Of a stretch of DNA of 64,000 bases, positions 11,452 to 21,224 are shown one piece after another. The DNA comes from Candidatus Daviesbacteria bacterium (GTDB lineage Bacteria > Patescibacteriota > Microgenomatia > Daviesbacterales > UBA10151), in the NCBI GenBank assembly GCA_016432425.1, contig CP066688.1, forward strand, positions 276,368 to 340,367. Direction: 5' to 3'. The notes under the pieces were generated by a model. That model ran no database searches. It saw only the letters and a program-made list of their open reading frames with translations, and was not told the origin of the DNA. Every line of letters begins with the position of its first letter. Within the stretch, counting starts at the first letter, position 1. The position numbers and the translations under genes were made by a program.

Positions 11452-11533
11452 TTTTAACAACTCACCCCCTTTCAAACTTAAGGGCAAAAGTACCCCATCA
11501 TAATGTTTCTTGGGAAAAGTGTCAATCAGGCAG

Positions 11534-12175
11534 TTAGAATTTGAGGCTGTGGATAATATCCCAGTTGAACTGATGGTAATTATTAAAACGGACCGGATCG
11601 GCAATCCCTGGCAAAATACAGCCGCCAAAATTATTGACCACATTAAAAATTTGCATTAAATAAACCTGCTCTCCTTTTTTAAAAACTGCCTTGGTAAAAG
11701 CTAGCGGCGGATAACCTACCGCTATTTCAAACCCTTCTTTTAATCTCAGTAACACTAGCGCCTCATCTGCCCCGCTACCTTCTAAACTTTTAGTTTCATA
11801 AGAATCCTTGGCTCCAACTTGAATTAAATAATCATCCAAAGTTCCAGCCCACTCTACAGTTTTGATTTTATAAAAATTATCTACTAAAAGCAGCCCATCC
11901 TTATTTTTAACTTCCTTTCCGCATTCTCCCCAGCTATAATCATGTTCTTCTACCACCACCCCTTCTCTAGGATAAGTTAAACTAAAACCGGCTGGGTCAG
12001 AGTATGTTTGCCAGGGAGAGGGGGTTGGAGAAGGAGTAGGGTTGAGAATTTGAGCTAAGGCAGGGGTAGACTCAGATTTTGGTTGAATAGAATAAATTAA
12101 AAATCCCGAGAGTCCAGCGAAAATAACAAATAATAATAAAACAATTGTGACACTTCCATTTTGTCTGGGCAGCAT
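11534..12175 (-). CDS. Membrane-anchored hypothetical protein (possibly PsbP-like)
   Basis: N-terminal TM helix, PTPSPTP linker, and WQTYSDPAGFSLTYP motif typical of CPR surface proteins. Confidence 0.7.
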   Translation of the reverse strand: MLPRQNGSVTIVLLLFVIFAGLSGFLIYSIQPKSESTPALAQILNPTPSPTPSPWQTYSDPAGFSLTYPREGVVVEEHDYSWGECGKEVKNKDGLLLVDNFYKIKTVEWAGTLDDYLIQVGAKDSYETKSLEGSGADEALVLLRLKEGFEIAVGYPPLAFTKAVFKKGEQVYLMQIFNVVNNFGGCILPGIADPVRFNNYHQFNWDIIHSLKF

Positions 12176-12190
12176 AAATTTATTATAGCA

Positions 12191-12520
12191 TTAGATTATA
12201 TTAAATTTAATAGTTTCACCTCTAAGTAAAGCTTGCTGAACACTACTAAATTGTCTTTCTGTAAAAGACTGCTGCATGGCTGCTGCTATTCTGTCAGGAA
12301 AAAGGAGCGCGAGCATCAGTGCTTGATCGAAATCTTCTAACATTTGCTGACGAGGAGGTAAAATATTTTGTCCTCGAGGATGAACAGTTATTATCCCTTC
12401 TGTGCAAAGACCAATCAATTTAAACATTCTTGTTCGGGAAATAGGGATTTCCATTTGCTCTCCACCAGGATCATAAACAGTCACTGAATCAAACTCTAAA
12501 GTTTCTTTTTTATCTGCCAT
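12191..12520 (-). CDS. Hypothetical protein
   Basis: 109-aa ATG ORF packed 5 nt after the mltG stop; no recognisable motif. Confidence 0.55.
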   Translation of the reverse strand: MADKKETLEFDSVTVYDPGGEQMEIPISRTRMFKLIGLCTEGIITVHPRGQNILPPRQQMLEDFDQALMLALLFPDRIAAAMQQSFTERQFSSVQQALLRGETIKFNII

Positions 12521-12525
12521 TTTTA

Positions 12526-13491
12526 TTACGGGTAGTTTGCTACATTTTGGTTGTGTTCATCCAAGGTTTTGGCATAGTGGGATTTCCCTTTACTATCATG
12601 GTAATAATATAAGTAAGGAGTTTGAGGGTTAGCATTAGCCACTGCCACCAGAGCAGATAAAGAGGGATTAGAAATTGGGGTGGGAGGCAATCCCACATTC
12701 AGATACGTATTGTAAGTAGATGCTATTTTTAAATCATCTTTAGTTAAATGCCTTTTCCACCAAGATTTCTCACCCGGCTGATACCCCAAAATATATTGAA
12801 TAGTGGCATCAGCATTTAATCCCATATCAATTTTATATCTTTTTAAAAGAATTGATGCCACCATTTCTCTGGCACTATCCGAGCGGGCTTCCCGTTCTAC
12901 AATCGAAGCTAAAATTATTCCCTCCTCGCTACTTAACCCTAGTTTTTTAATTTTGGCTTGCAAATCAGCGCTATATCTACTGGCAAAAGTAGCCCGCAAA
13001 GTTTTAATGATCCCTTCAGTGGTTATTTCTTTGGGAAAAAGATAGGTATCAGGGAAAAGATGGCCTTCATATTTTTTAGCTTGTTTTGTAAACTCTTCCC
13101 TGTTCCCTAATTCCTGATCACTTATTTTCTCCGCCATCTCTTCTACCCGCCAACCTTCTAACAAAGTTACCCAACTATCATCTGGCTTACTGGTTAAGGT
13201 GGTGGCAATTTTAGTGGCAGACATATTAGGGGAAAGTTTAAAAGTTCCGCTTTGTACCTTATTGGTTAATCCTTTGGTTCTTAGATAAATTTTAAAAAAT
13301 GTAGCTGATTTAATTAAACGATCTTTTTCTAATCTAAAACTTACACTATCCAAAGATTCCCCTTTGGCAATAATAAAACTTTGGACCTGATTTTCAGAAC
13401 TCACCGGCGAGAGGTTTCCTTCCCACCAACCCTTGGCCAAAAAAAATACCAACAATAATATTAATATTAGTGGCCCAATTTTTTTTCTCAT
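12526..13491 (-). CDS. mltG: Endolytic transglycosylase MltG
   Basis: EGHLFPDTY, LASIVERE, YNTYLNVGLPPTPISNP; N-terminal TM helix. Confidence 0.95.
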   Translation of the reverse strand: MRKKIGPLILILLLVFFLAKGWWEGNLSPVSSENQVQSFIIAKGESLDSVSFRLEKDRLIKSATFFKIYLRTKGLTNKVQSGTFKLSPNMSATKIATTLTSKPDDSWVTLLEGWRVEEMAEKISDQELGNREEFTKQAKKYEGHLFPDTYLFPKEITTEGIIKTLRATFASRYSADLQAKIKKLGLSSEEGIILASIVEREARSDSAREMVASILLKRYKIDMGLNADATIQYILGYQPGEKSWWKRHLTKDDLKIASTYNTYLNVGLPPTPISNPSLSALVAVANANPQTPYLYYYHDSKGKSHYAKTLDEHNQNVANYP

Positions 13492-13871
13492 CCTGTTAGC
13501 TCATCCAAATAATTTTGTAAAATCAAAGCAGCAGCGACAGCATCATCACTTTTTCGCTTTTCCTTACCTTTGCCGGTGGTGATCATCAACTTAAAGGCGC
13601 CTTTAGAGGTGAGGGTTTCATCAGCACTTACTACATCCAAACTTTTTTTTAAAAGTAAGTTAATAAACTTTTGTACTTTCTTGCCCATCTGACCTTCCGG
13701 CAGTCCTACCACTATCTTTTCAAAATTTTCTTCCGAGACAATTTGGGAAATTTTTTCTGCTAAATCTAGCCAACCCTTACCCTCAACTGTTTTCCAAGGA
13801 GTAGCCAGTTGCCCCTGCGAAACTGCTAACCCCGCTCTCTTCATCCCAAAATCTACTCCTAAGTATTTCAT
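13488..13871 (-). CDS. ruvX: YqgF/RuvX pre-16S rRNA nuclease / resolvase-like protein
   Basis: YLGVDFGMKRAGLAVS, VVGLP, DETLT and DAVAAALILQ; start reassigned to MKYLG at 13871. Confidence 0.92.
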   Translation of the reverse strand: MKYLGVDFGMKRAGLAVSQGQLATPWKTVEGKGWLDLAEKISQIVSEENFEKIVVGLPEGQMGKKVQKFINLLLKKSLDVVSADETLTSKGAFKLMITTGKGKEKRKSDDAVAAALILQNYLDELTG

Positions 13872-13873
13872 TT

Positions 13874-14512
13874 TTATATTAATTTTCCTACCACTATAAA
13901 CCTTTTGGTATTTAACCCCGGGGGAACGCAAGTCATTAAAGTAAGATAGCGCCCAGTATTATCCGGCGGAGCAATAATTGACAAATTTTTGGGGTCCACA
14001 ATTTTAATATCAAAAATTTGGTAAGTAAAGTCTACCCCTGCAGCAGAAATTTTAATTAAATCCCCTTTTTTTAAATTTGTTAAATTGGCAAATGGAGCCA
14101 CCCCGGAAGATGAAAAAACCGGCAGAGCTGAATGTCCGGAGATAAATAAATTTCCCTTCTCTCCCGGCAAGGCTGAACCGGGTAATTGTACTGGACCAGA
14201 ATCTAAATCATTACTATCTACCCCCACTAAAAAATTTTTTTTGAGCCGGAGGATCTCCAAAGAAAAGTTACTGTAAGGGGCACTGCTTACTCTGTTTAAA
14301 CTAGAAACTATCGCTGGAAAATTACTGCGATTTTCTACAGTTACTCCCCAAACCGGACTATTAATGTCAGGCGGTTGTGGGCTCGTTAAATTAATCCCGC
14401 TCAAAATTACACTCTCCCAAACTTTAAAACCTATTAATGGCAAGCTCACCTGGGCTAAAAATAGCGCTCCCAATAATAGGAAAATTAAGGATACGTGCTT
14501 AATGGTAATCAT
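13874..14512 (-). CDS. Sortase
   Basis: PGEKGNLFISGHS (His) and LTLMTCVPPGLNTKR (Cys, Arg) catalytic triad; N-terminal TM helix. Confidence 0.9.
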   Translation of the reverse strand: MITIKHVSLIFLLLGALFLAQVSLPLIGFKVWESVILSGINLTSPQPPDINSPVWGVTVENRSNFPAIVSSLNRVSSAPYSNFSLEILRLKKNFLVGVDSNDLDSGPVQLPGSALPGEKGNLFISGHSALPVFSSSGVAPFANLTNLKKGDLIKISAAGVDFTYQIFDIKIVDPKNLSIIAPPDNTGRYLTLMTCVPPGLNTKRFIVVGKLI

Positions 14513-16815
14513 TTTAAGCCGACTTCTATTTTAATATTCTGCTCTAAAATGGGCAGGATTTGTAGCGGTGGCGGGAGACTGGGAGTAATTTTAATCTCTG
14601 ATCCCAAAACATTTTCATAAGATTTTAAAGTATCTGCTGCAGCTGCGGGAGTTCTTCCCTTGACGGCACCTTTAATTTTGTTAATATCTAATTTGGGCAT
14701 TAATTTGGCATTAAAGCGAGCAAGAAAAACTAATTTACCATCTTTTTCCAGTTTGGAGACATCAGCCAAGGTTTCTGTTTGGGCCAAATTGAGTTCAAAA
14801 TCAGAGGGAATATCAGTACTGACTAATTTGGAAACAATTAGCTTAAGGTCTTCATCAGAATAAGCCGTGCCTTTATAATGAATAGTCAAATTTAAGGAAA
14901 ACTCGCTGGCTTGATCGCCCACTCTTTTGTTAAAGGTCTTTTTGGTAATTTCTTCAGCCAAAGCTTCCGGCAAAATCTTTAACTTTTGATTCTGACTGTT
15001 CAATTTATTTTGCAGATCAGCCTGGGCTTGGGTACGCAGAGTTGCTGCCAAGCTAGCCAGCAGTTTTTGCTGGTCTGAGTCGGTAACTACCGTTACTTCC
15101 TTACTAGATCCCCCCGAGAAATTTCCATTGGCTTTGGCTGAAAACTGGCTGGAGGGAAAGTTCGCTACAGAAAACTCCGTTCCGGAAGGTAAATTACTAT
15201 CCGCCCCTACCTCACTAGCGCTCACCGGAACATTGGCTTTTCCATAATTAATTCCCCCTTCCACTGCTGACTGGGAAGCAATAGTCATTGAAGAATCTAA
15301 AGTAAACTTAAGGCCGGAACTGGCAGAAATGGTCGTTCCTTTAGAAAAAGTTTTACTGTCATCAGTTTTGTTATAAAGAGTCACTGAACCTTTGGCCGGA
15401 TCTCCCACTGATTTTTTGCCGGTAGCAGAAGCTTTGTCTGAGCTGGAAACAGTAGTTTCAATAATCTGCCCGGGAATTTTATTTTCATTTTCCTCCACTT
15501 TTTTTAAAGTAGGGTCCGCTACTACCTGAGTATCTTTTTCTAAGACTCTCGGCTCAACAAAAATTAAAATTTGAGCTTTGGGTAAAATCAAAAAAGCTAC
15601 CGCTATTAAAACCAGCGCCAATACCGGAATAACCAGTTGGATTTTCCCTAATTTAATTTTGGAAATTAGAGTGTTAACTTTAAGCAAAATTTGACGGAAA
15701 ATTACCTGGGCAGTAAAAGTTTTCCCTCCGGCAGAAAGTTTGACAAAATCATCTCCTTCAGGCACAGCAACTTTGGTGGGGGGTAATCGTTCATCTGAGT
15801 TCGACTCTGGGGTAAACTCTAAGTTAGATTCTTCCGGGGCTGCCTGCTCTGTTGGTGAGCTTTCGGGATTTTGTAATTCTGTAGTAACGTCCCCCACCAC
15901 AAAACCAGAGTTGGCTGGAGCAGAAACGATACCATTAGTTTCCTGGACAATTTCTGTTACTGGTTCCTCTGTGGTTGAGCCGATATGATCTTCTTCTTTT
16001 GGCTCTTGCGGTATTTCCTTGACTGCAGAACTAACTTTAGGAACATTCCTATTATTAACTAATCTAACTTGAGGGTTTAATTCTACTCCTCCCGCCAAAC
16101 TAACAGCTGAAATAGTTAAATCTTTTTCCAGCGTTTCTATTTTAGGTAGATGCAAGAAGGGCAATTTTGACATCCAAGAAAAGCCTGTTAAAACTTCTTT
16201 TTCTTTAGCTAAATTCACCTCCGGGGAGGAGTAGATTAAAATTCGTGAAGGCAAAACTTCAATATTGGTGAGTGTTAGCAATAATTTTTCTACGTCTGCC
16301 CCCAAATCATCTCCCCGTTTGGCAGTTCTTACTCCCTCAATGCGGGCCACTTTGGACACATAAACAGTTACAAAATTTTTCTCAATACCCACCAAAATTG
16401 CCGTGGGAGGAGTATTTTCCTTTTTTTCTAAAAAATGAGCCACCGCCCGGGTGGTCGCTACATAAGCCAAAGGTTCTAAATCCAATTCTTTCACCACCGA
16501 GCGAATAGTTTTTAAATATTCTTCTTTTAAATCTCCTTCTGAAAGCCAACTGTCCGGCACACCAAATAAAATCTTTTTCGGTTCAATCTGTAAATCCCCC
16601 AAAACTTTATCCAAAATTAAATCAGCTGCTTTGACCAAATCATCTTCTTGAGAAAAAGACTGAGAAATGCTGCTATGAATCTGTAGATTATTGCCCATGA
16701 TGGACCAAACAGCCGCTTCCAGACTTTCTTGAGAAATCCCCAGGGTAAAAAAGTATTCTACTTCCTCAGGTTTACTTAAGAAAGGAATTTTATTAGCCAG
16801 GTCAGACAGATTCAT
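14509..16815 (-). CDS. Large single-pass membrane protein (actin/FtsA-like N-terminus, baseplate J-like C-terminus)
   Basis: Cytoplasmic N-terminal domain, acidic linker and TM helix, then AKGSVTLYN...FSGGS region resembling CPR proteins annotated as baseplate J-like; recognised by eye. Confidence 0.6.
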   Translation of the reverse strand: MNLSDLANKIPFLSKPEEVEYFFTLGISQESLEAAVWSIMGNNLQIHSSISQSFSQEDDLVKAADLILDKVLGDLQIEPKKILFGVPDSWLSEGDLKEEYLKTIRSVVKELDLEPLAYVATTRAVAHFLEKKENTPPTAILVGIEKNFVTVYVSKVARIEGVRTAKRGDDLGADVEKLLLTLTNIEVLPSRILIYSSPEVNLAKEKEVLTGFSWMSKLPFLHLPKIETLEKDLTISAVSLAGGVELNPQVRLVNNRNVPKVSSAVKEIPQEPKEEDHIGSTTEEPVTEIVQETNGIVSAPANSGFVVGDVTTELQNPESSPTEQAAPEESNLEFTPESNSDERLPPTKVAVPEGDDFVKLSAGGKTFTAQVIFRQILLKVNTLISKIKLGKIQLVIPVLALVLIAVAFLILPKAQILIFVEPRVLEKDTQVVADPTLKKVEENENKIPGQIIETTVSSSDKASATGKKSVGDPAKGSVTLYNKTDDSKTFSKGTTISASSGLKFTLDSSMTIASQSAVEGGINYGKANVPVSASEVGADSNLPSGTEFSVANFPSSQFSAKANGNFSGGSSKEVTVVTDSDQQKLLASLAATLRTQAQADLQNKLNSQNQKLKILPEALAEEITKKTFNKRVGDQASEFSLNLTIHYKGTAYSDEDLKLIVSKLVSTDIPSDFELNLAQTETLADVSKLEKDGKLVFLARFNAKLMPKLDINKIKGAVKGRTPAAAADTLKSYENVLGSEIKITPSLPPPLQILPILEQNIKIEVGLK

Positions 16816-16863
16816 GGATATTTAGTATCTTAACAAATCTGAGGGGTCTTGAAAAGTACAAGG

Positions 16864-16897
16864 AAAATCTCATCTCAACTTTTAAGACGAGATTTTC
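16864..16897 (-). terminator. Hairpin downstream of the DUF378 gene
   Basis: aaaatctcatct...agacgagatttt inverted repeat. Confidence 0.45.
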
Positions 16898-16918
16898 TTC
16901 GGTTAAGACCAAAATTAA

Positions 16919-17128
16919 TTATTTCTCACCACACACTCGGCAATCACCTTTGTGGGTTAAAATTACATAAACAGCCGACAACCCTACTAGAATATAAACC
17001 ACCTTCTCTAAAGCACTCCCTGCACCTAGTAAAGCAGCCACCAAATTCGTATTTAAAAACCCCACTAATCCCCAATTCAAACCGCCAATCCACAGCAGTA
17101 GGTAGGCTAACATATGCAATGCTTTCAA
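16919..17128 (-). CDS. DUF378-family small membrane protein
   Basis: IGGLNWGLVG...VYILVGLSA; TTG start at 17128 preceded by a GAGGGGGTG RBS. Confidence 0.88.
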   Translation of the reverse strand: MKALHMLAYLLLWIGGLNWGLVGFLNTNLVAALLGAGSALEKVVYILVGLSAVYVILTHKGDCRVCGEK

Positions 17129-17193
17129 AATTATCACCCCCTCTACTAATTTAAGCATTACAAAGATTAAAGAAGTTGTCAAATTGAAGAAAA

Positions 17194-17682
17194 CTAATCT
17201 TTGATCCCGTATTTTTCTTTTATTCTTTTTTCAGCTTCAGCCAATGGCGGAACCCCATACTTAGCTCTTTCTTCATCAGTAATATTTGGATCAATTGGTT
17301 GACGAAGTTTCCATTCTTGAAATTGGGTACCATATTTTTGGGGTTGACCAGTTTCTAAAAGATAACGATCTAAAGATGCGGCATATAACCACTTAATCTC
17401 CCGATCATCTGGATCTAACTCCATTGCTTTTATAGCTAATTCATTTGCTAACTTAAAATCTTCTGGCAATTGACCATGTTGAAATACCATTGCCGCATGA
17501 TAATAATCCGTCGCTTCTTTTAATTCACCCTTATCAATTAATTCTCTAGTTTTAGCCATTCTTTGATGAATTCTTTCTCCACGCTCTTTTGCTATTTTCG
17601 GATCTTGTAGCTTTTCCCAACTTATCTTTGGAGGTTGATCATTCTGATCTGCTTCATAAATTTCTTTTAATTCATTATTCAT
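17194..17682 (-). CDS. Hypothetical helical (TPR-like) protein
   Basis: DYYHAAMVFQHG, WLYAASLDRYL...PQKYGTQ and ERAKYGVPPL pattern of a conserved hypothetical family. Confidence 0.75.
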   Translation of the reverse strand: MNNELKEIYEADQNDQPPKISWEKLQDPKIAKERGERIHQRMAKTRELIDKGELKEATDYYHAAMVFQHGQLPEDFKLANELAIKAMELDPDDREIKWLYAASLDRYLLETGQPQKYGTQFQEWKLRQPIDPNITDEERAKYGVPPLAEAEKRIKEKYGIKD

Positions 17683-18184
17683 CTTGCTGTTTTTTCTTTA
17701 AGTATTCATCTTTTAGCTCTACCGCTCTTCTGACAATTTCATCCCCAATTTCTCCCCAATTAAAATAATTTTTATAATCCTTTGGATCTACTAATTTAAT
17801 TTCTGCAGTATTCCCTCCTGGATCAGATATAAACTCTCCGTATGGCCTGACAATACACCAGACTCTTAGTTGGTTGTATTCTTTGCCGGCTGAATTAGTG
17901 CAATGTTGGAAACCAACTGGCCCCCAAGATAAAATCTCCATATTGGATTCTTCTTGAATTTCCCTCTTCAAAGCTTGCTCAAAATTTTCTCCTTCTTCTG
18001 GTTTTCCTCCAGGTAACATCCAAGTATTGGTCTTACCATCCCTCACAATAACTATTTTATTTCCCATAAAACAAACTCCATAAATTTGTCTCCAATTTTC
18101 TACACCCCCAAAGCTGTTAACATTTTGATATTCATAAAGAACGGACAAATTACCATCCTGAACTCTATTTCTTAAAATTGTCAT
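17675..18184 (-). CDS. NUDIX hydrolase
   Basis: Nudix box GGKPEEGENFEQALKREIQEES. Confidence 0.9.
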   Translation of the reverse strand: MTILRNRVQDGNLSVLYEYQNVNSFGGVENWRQIYGVCFMGNKIVIVRDGKTNTWMLPGGKPEEGENFEQALKREIQEESNMEILSWGPVGFQHCTNSAGKEYNQLRVWCIVRPYGEFISDPGGNTAEIKLVDPKDYKNYFNWGEIGDEIVRRAVELKDEYLKKKQQDE

Positions 18185-20034
18185 TTTAATACTGCTCTAA
18201 TTCTGCGGATGCCGGCAGAAATTGCTTCTTCTTTTTCTATCTTAATTCCACCTATCTCATTAGTAGAGTCAACATGTGGACCACCACAAAATTCCAGAGA
18301 ATAATAGCCCGCCCGGTCACGCTGATCCAGGGCCGCTGGGTCTAATTTTAATCCCGGACCTATCCCGTAAACTGAGACTTTCTCAGCATATTTTTCCCCG
18401 AACAATCCAATCGCATTCATTTTCTTAGCTTCCTCTAAATTTAAAATTAGATGATCTACTGTCAAATTTTGTTTAATTTTGTCATTAATTAAATCCTCCA
18501 CTCTTTGGATTTCCTCTGCAGTCATTTTCTGTTTATATGAAAAATCAAACCTCAGCCGCTCACTGGTAATATTCGATCCCCGCTGAAAAACTTCCGGGCC
18601 CAATACATCCCTTAAGGCTTGATGCAGCAGATGGGTAGCAGTGTGGTATTTGGTCACTGTTTCAGAGTGATCTGCTAGCCCTCCTTTAAACATCCCTGCG
18701 GAGCCGGAGCGTGATTTTTCCTGATGCTCCTTGCTGACTCTTTCAAAACCTGCTCTATCAAATTCTAAGCCCAGTTCTTGAATTACATCTTCTGCTAAAT
18801 CAGGTGGTACTCCATAAGTTTGATAATTTTCAAAAATATATTCTCCTGAGGCTTTTTCTTTTTCCAGAATAGGAATTTGACCAATCTTTTTGATAAAACC
18901 CTGCTCTTTGGCGGCGATTAAATCTTGTCTGTATTGTTCTAGCCAATTAATGGGTTCACGGAAACGGGTTTCCTCATCTGCTAAAGTTTGCAAAATATTT
19001 TTTTCCTGTTCTTTTAGCTCCGGATAAACATCAGACATTTTAACAATGATGAGTTGAACAATCTCTCCGGTAAAGCCAGCTTTGATACCACTGCGATGGG
19101 CCGATCTAATGGCTCTTCTAATTAACCGGCGCAAGACATAACCCCGGTCAGAATTACCGGGTTGCACTCCTGCAGCAATTAAAAAAGTGGCTGCCCTTAA
19201 ATGATCAGCAATCACCCTGATGTAGCGCACCTCGGAAGTAGTGGTCAAACTTTCAATTTTTTGATAAATTTCCTCGAATAAATCTGTCTCGTAGTTACTT
19301 TTTTTGCCATTGATTACTGCCAAAGCCCGCTCCAACCCCATGCCGGTATCCACATTTTTTTGTTGCAGCTCTTCAAAGCTTCCATCTGCTTTTTTGTTAT
19401 ATTGCATAAAAACATCGTTCCAAATTTCCACCCAATTGTTATCCTCTGGATCAAATTTTTCCGGAGCAGCTCCCTCTCCAACCCAATAAAACATTTCAGT
19501 ATCCGGGCCACAAGGACCACTATTTCCTACCGGTCCCCACCAATTATCTTTTTTACTTAAGTGAGCAATCCGGCTTTCCGTAATTCCTAAACTCTGCCAA
19601 ATTTCATAAGACTGCGAGTCAAAAGGAGCATCCTTGTCTCCCCCAAAAACGGAGACAGCTAATTTTTCTTTGTCTAATCCCAGCTCTTGAGTTAAAAATT
19701 CCCATGACCAGCCGATCGCTTCCTTTTTCCAATAATCACCCAAGGACCAATTACCCAACATTTCAAAAAAAGTATGATGAGTGGCATCTCCCACTTCATC
19801 AATATCATCAGTCCGCAAACTTTTTTGGACGTTTGTTAAACGTTTGCCTGCTGGGTGATCTTCTCCCAACAAATAAGGAATTAAAGGATGCATCCCGGCA
19901 GTGGTAAATAGAACTTTTTGAGTCCCGGAAAGTTCCACTGTCTCTGTTGGGATTAGTGAAGCCGAGGGAATAATTTTGTGTCCCTTACCTTCAAAAAATT
20001 TTAAAAATTTCTCTCGTAAAGTTTTTGAATCCAT
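18181..20034 (-). CDS. alaS: Alanine--tRNA ligase (short form without C-Ala domain)
   Basis: HHTFFEMLGNWS, VDTGMGLER, editing-domain HTATHLL and EFCGGPHV. Confidence 0.97.
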   Translation of the reverse strand: MDSKTLREKFLKFFEGKGHKIIPSASLIPTETVELSGTQKVLFTTAGMHPLIPYLLGEDHPAGKRLTNVQKSLRTDDIDEVGDATHHTFFEMLGNWSLGDYWKKEAIGWSWEFLTQELGLDKEKLAVSVFGGDKDAPFDSQSYEIWQSLGITESRIAHLSKKDNWWGPVGNSGPCGPDTEMFYWVGEGAAPEKFDPEDNNWVEIWNDVFMQYNKKADGSFEELQQKNVDTGMGLERALAVINGKKSNYETDLFEEIYQKIESLTTTSEVRYIRVIADHLRAATFLIAAGVQPGNSDRGYVLRRLIRRAIRSAHRSGIKAGFTGEIVQLIIVKMSDVYPELKEQEKNILQTLADEETRFREPINWLEQYRQDLIAAKEQGFIKKIGQIPILEKEKASGEYIFENYQTYGVPPDLAEDVIQELGLEFDRAGFERVSKEHQEKSRSGSAGMFKGGLADHSETVTKYHTATHLLHQALRDVLGPEVFQRGSNITSERLRFDFSYKQKMTAEEIQRVEDLINDKIKQNLTVDHLILNLEEAKKMNAIGLFGEKYAEKVSVYGIGPGLKLDPAALDQRDRAGYYSLEFCGGPHVDSTNEIGGIKIEKEEAISAGIRRIRAVLK

Positions 20035-20086
20035 GAAGCTATTTTAACAGATATCATTCTTAGAGCGAAGCGAGAAGGTGATTCAA

Positions 20087-21181
20087 CTAATTAGAAATCT
20101 TAGGATAATCACATCTTTCTGTAGTTAGTTTTATTGGGTTATCATCCTTAACAAATCTTGAGAAACAAACAATTGGCTCTTTGGTTTCATCATGAGTACC
20201 TGATCGTTGAGTATAAACAATAAAACTATTATCTGGAGATAAAGAAACATAATTTGGTCTATCATTAAAAATTTGCTTAACAATCATTGTTTTTTGTCCA
20301 GAAGTGTAGTGAGATAAATAACACTGAACCCAACCAACTTCTCTGCAATAAAGTAAATATGTACCATCCTTAGAAACCTGTAAATTGGAAATTCTACCTG
20401 GATTATTAACATGTTCAATAAGATCGTTATCTTCTAAAATCTTGCTTTGCTCTAAACCATCTGAATTTATTGTCCATATCTCATTTCCATTACGGGTAAA
20501 AATAATTTTATTCTGTAACCAACCATGAAGAGTCAAATCTTGACCTTCTAAGATTATCTTTTTAGATTTATTTTCTAAATTATAAACATAAAGTCTTGGT
20601 TCAAACATAGGCCCTTCGCAACAAGGCTTTTCATCAAATGCTAACCACTTAAGTTCAGGGGAAAACTTAAGTGTAGACTCTCCATAAGCATCTTCTAGCT
20701 CAGGAATATCCTTTGGCCATGTTAGCAAAGTCCTAATTTTGTTACCTTTTAGAGAAAACACCTCCACCTTATTGGTTGTCCCATCTCTACATTGTGGTTC
20801 TATTGCCAAAATCTGATCATCTGATAACCACTGATATTGGCCTAAAAGACACTCTGATTCTTCCAAAGCCTGTATATTGCCTGTGGCTACTTCTACAACC
20901 GAAATATTTTTTCCCTGACTAATAAGAATCATCTTATTATTAGGAGACCAACCATGGATAGAGTATATTACATTATTTTTTGTAATTTGCTTTTTACTAG
21001 TCCCATTAGGATTCATAATCCATAAATTCCCCCCTGTAATAGCATCCCCTCCTATTTTGACTGCAACTTTATATTTAGATTCTGATATTTGGGTATTTTT
21101 AGTCTGAGTCAAGAATACTAATAATCCGATTGCTAAAAGCATAACTACCAAAATCGGGGTAAATCCTTTTTGATTATTCAT
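20087..21181 (-). CDS. Secreted TolB-like beta-propeller protein
   Basis: Repeated WSP/FSP/LSPD blade motifs; N-terminus MNNQKGFTPILVV followed by a hydrophobic helix. Confidence 0.7.
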   Translation of the reverse strand: MNNQKGFTPILVVMLLAIGLLVFLTQTKNTQISESKYKVAVKIGGDAITGGNLWIMNPNGTSKKQITKNNVIYSIHGWSPNNKMILISQGKNISVVEVATGNIQALEESECLLGQYQWLSDDQILAIEPQCRDGTTNKVEVFSLKGNKIRTLLTWPKDIPELEDAYGESTLKFSPELKWLAFDEKPCCEGPMFEPRLYVYNLENKSKKIILEGQDLTLHGWLQNKIIFTRNGNEIWTINSDGLEQSKILEDNDLIEHVNNPGRISNLQVSKDGTYLLYCREVGWVQCYLSHYTSGQKTMIVKQIFNDRPNYVSLSPDNSFIVYTQRSGTHDETKEPIVCFSRFVKDDNPIKLTTERCDYPKISN

Positions 21182-21224
21182 TAAATTCGTTAAATTCAGT
21201 ATACCACTTCCCGCTAACTTCCCG

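Noticed and set aside
14509-16815. Prophage suggested by the baseplate-like domain
   Set aside because: No integrase, terminase, capsid or tail genes nearby; the gene is embedded in a cell-envelope operon.
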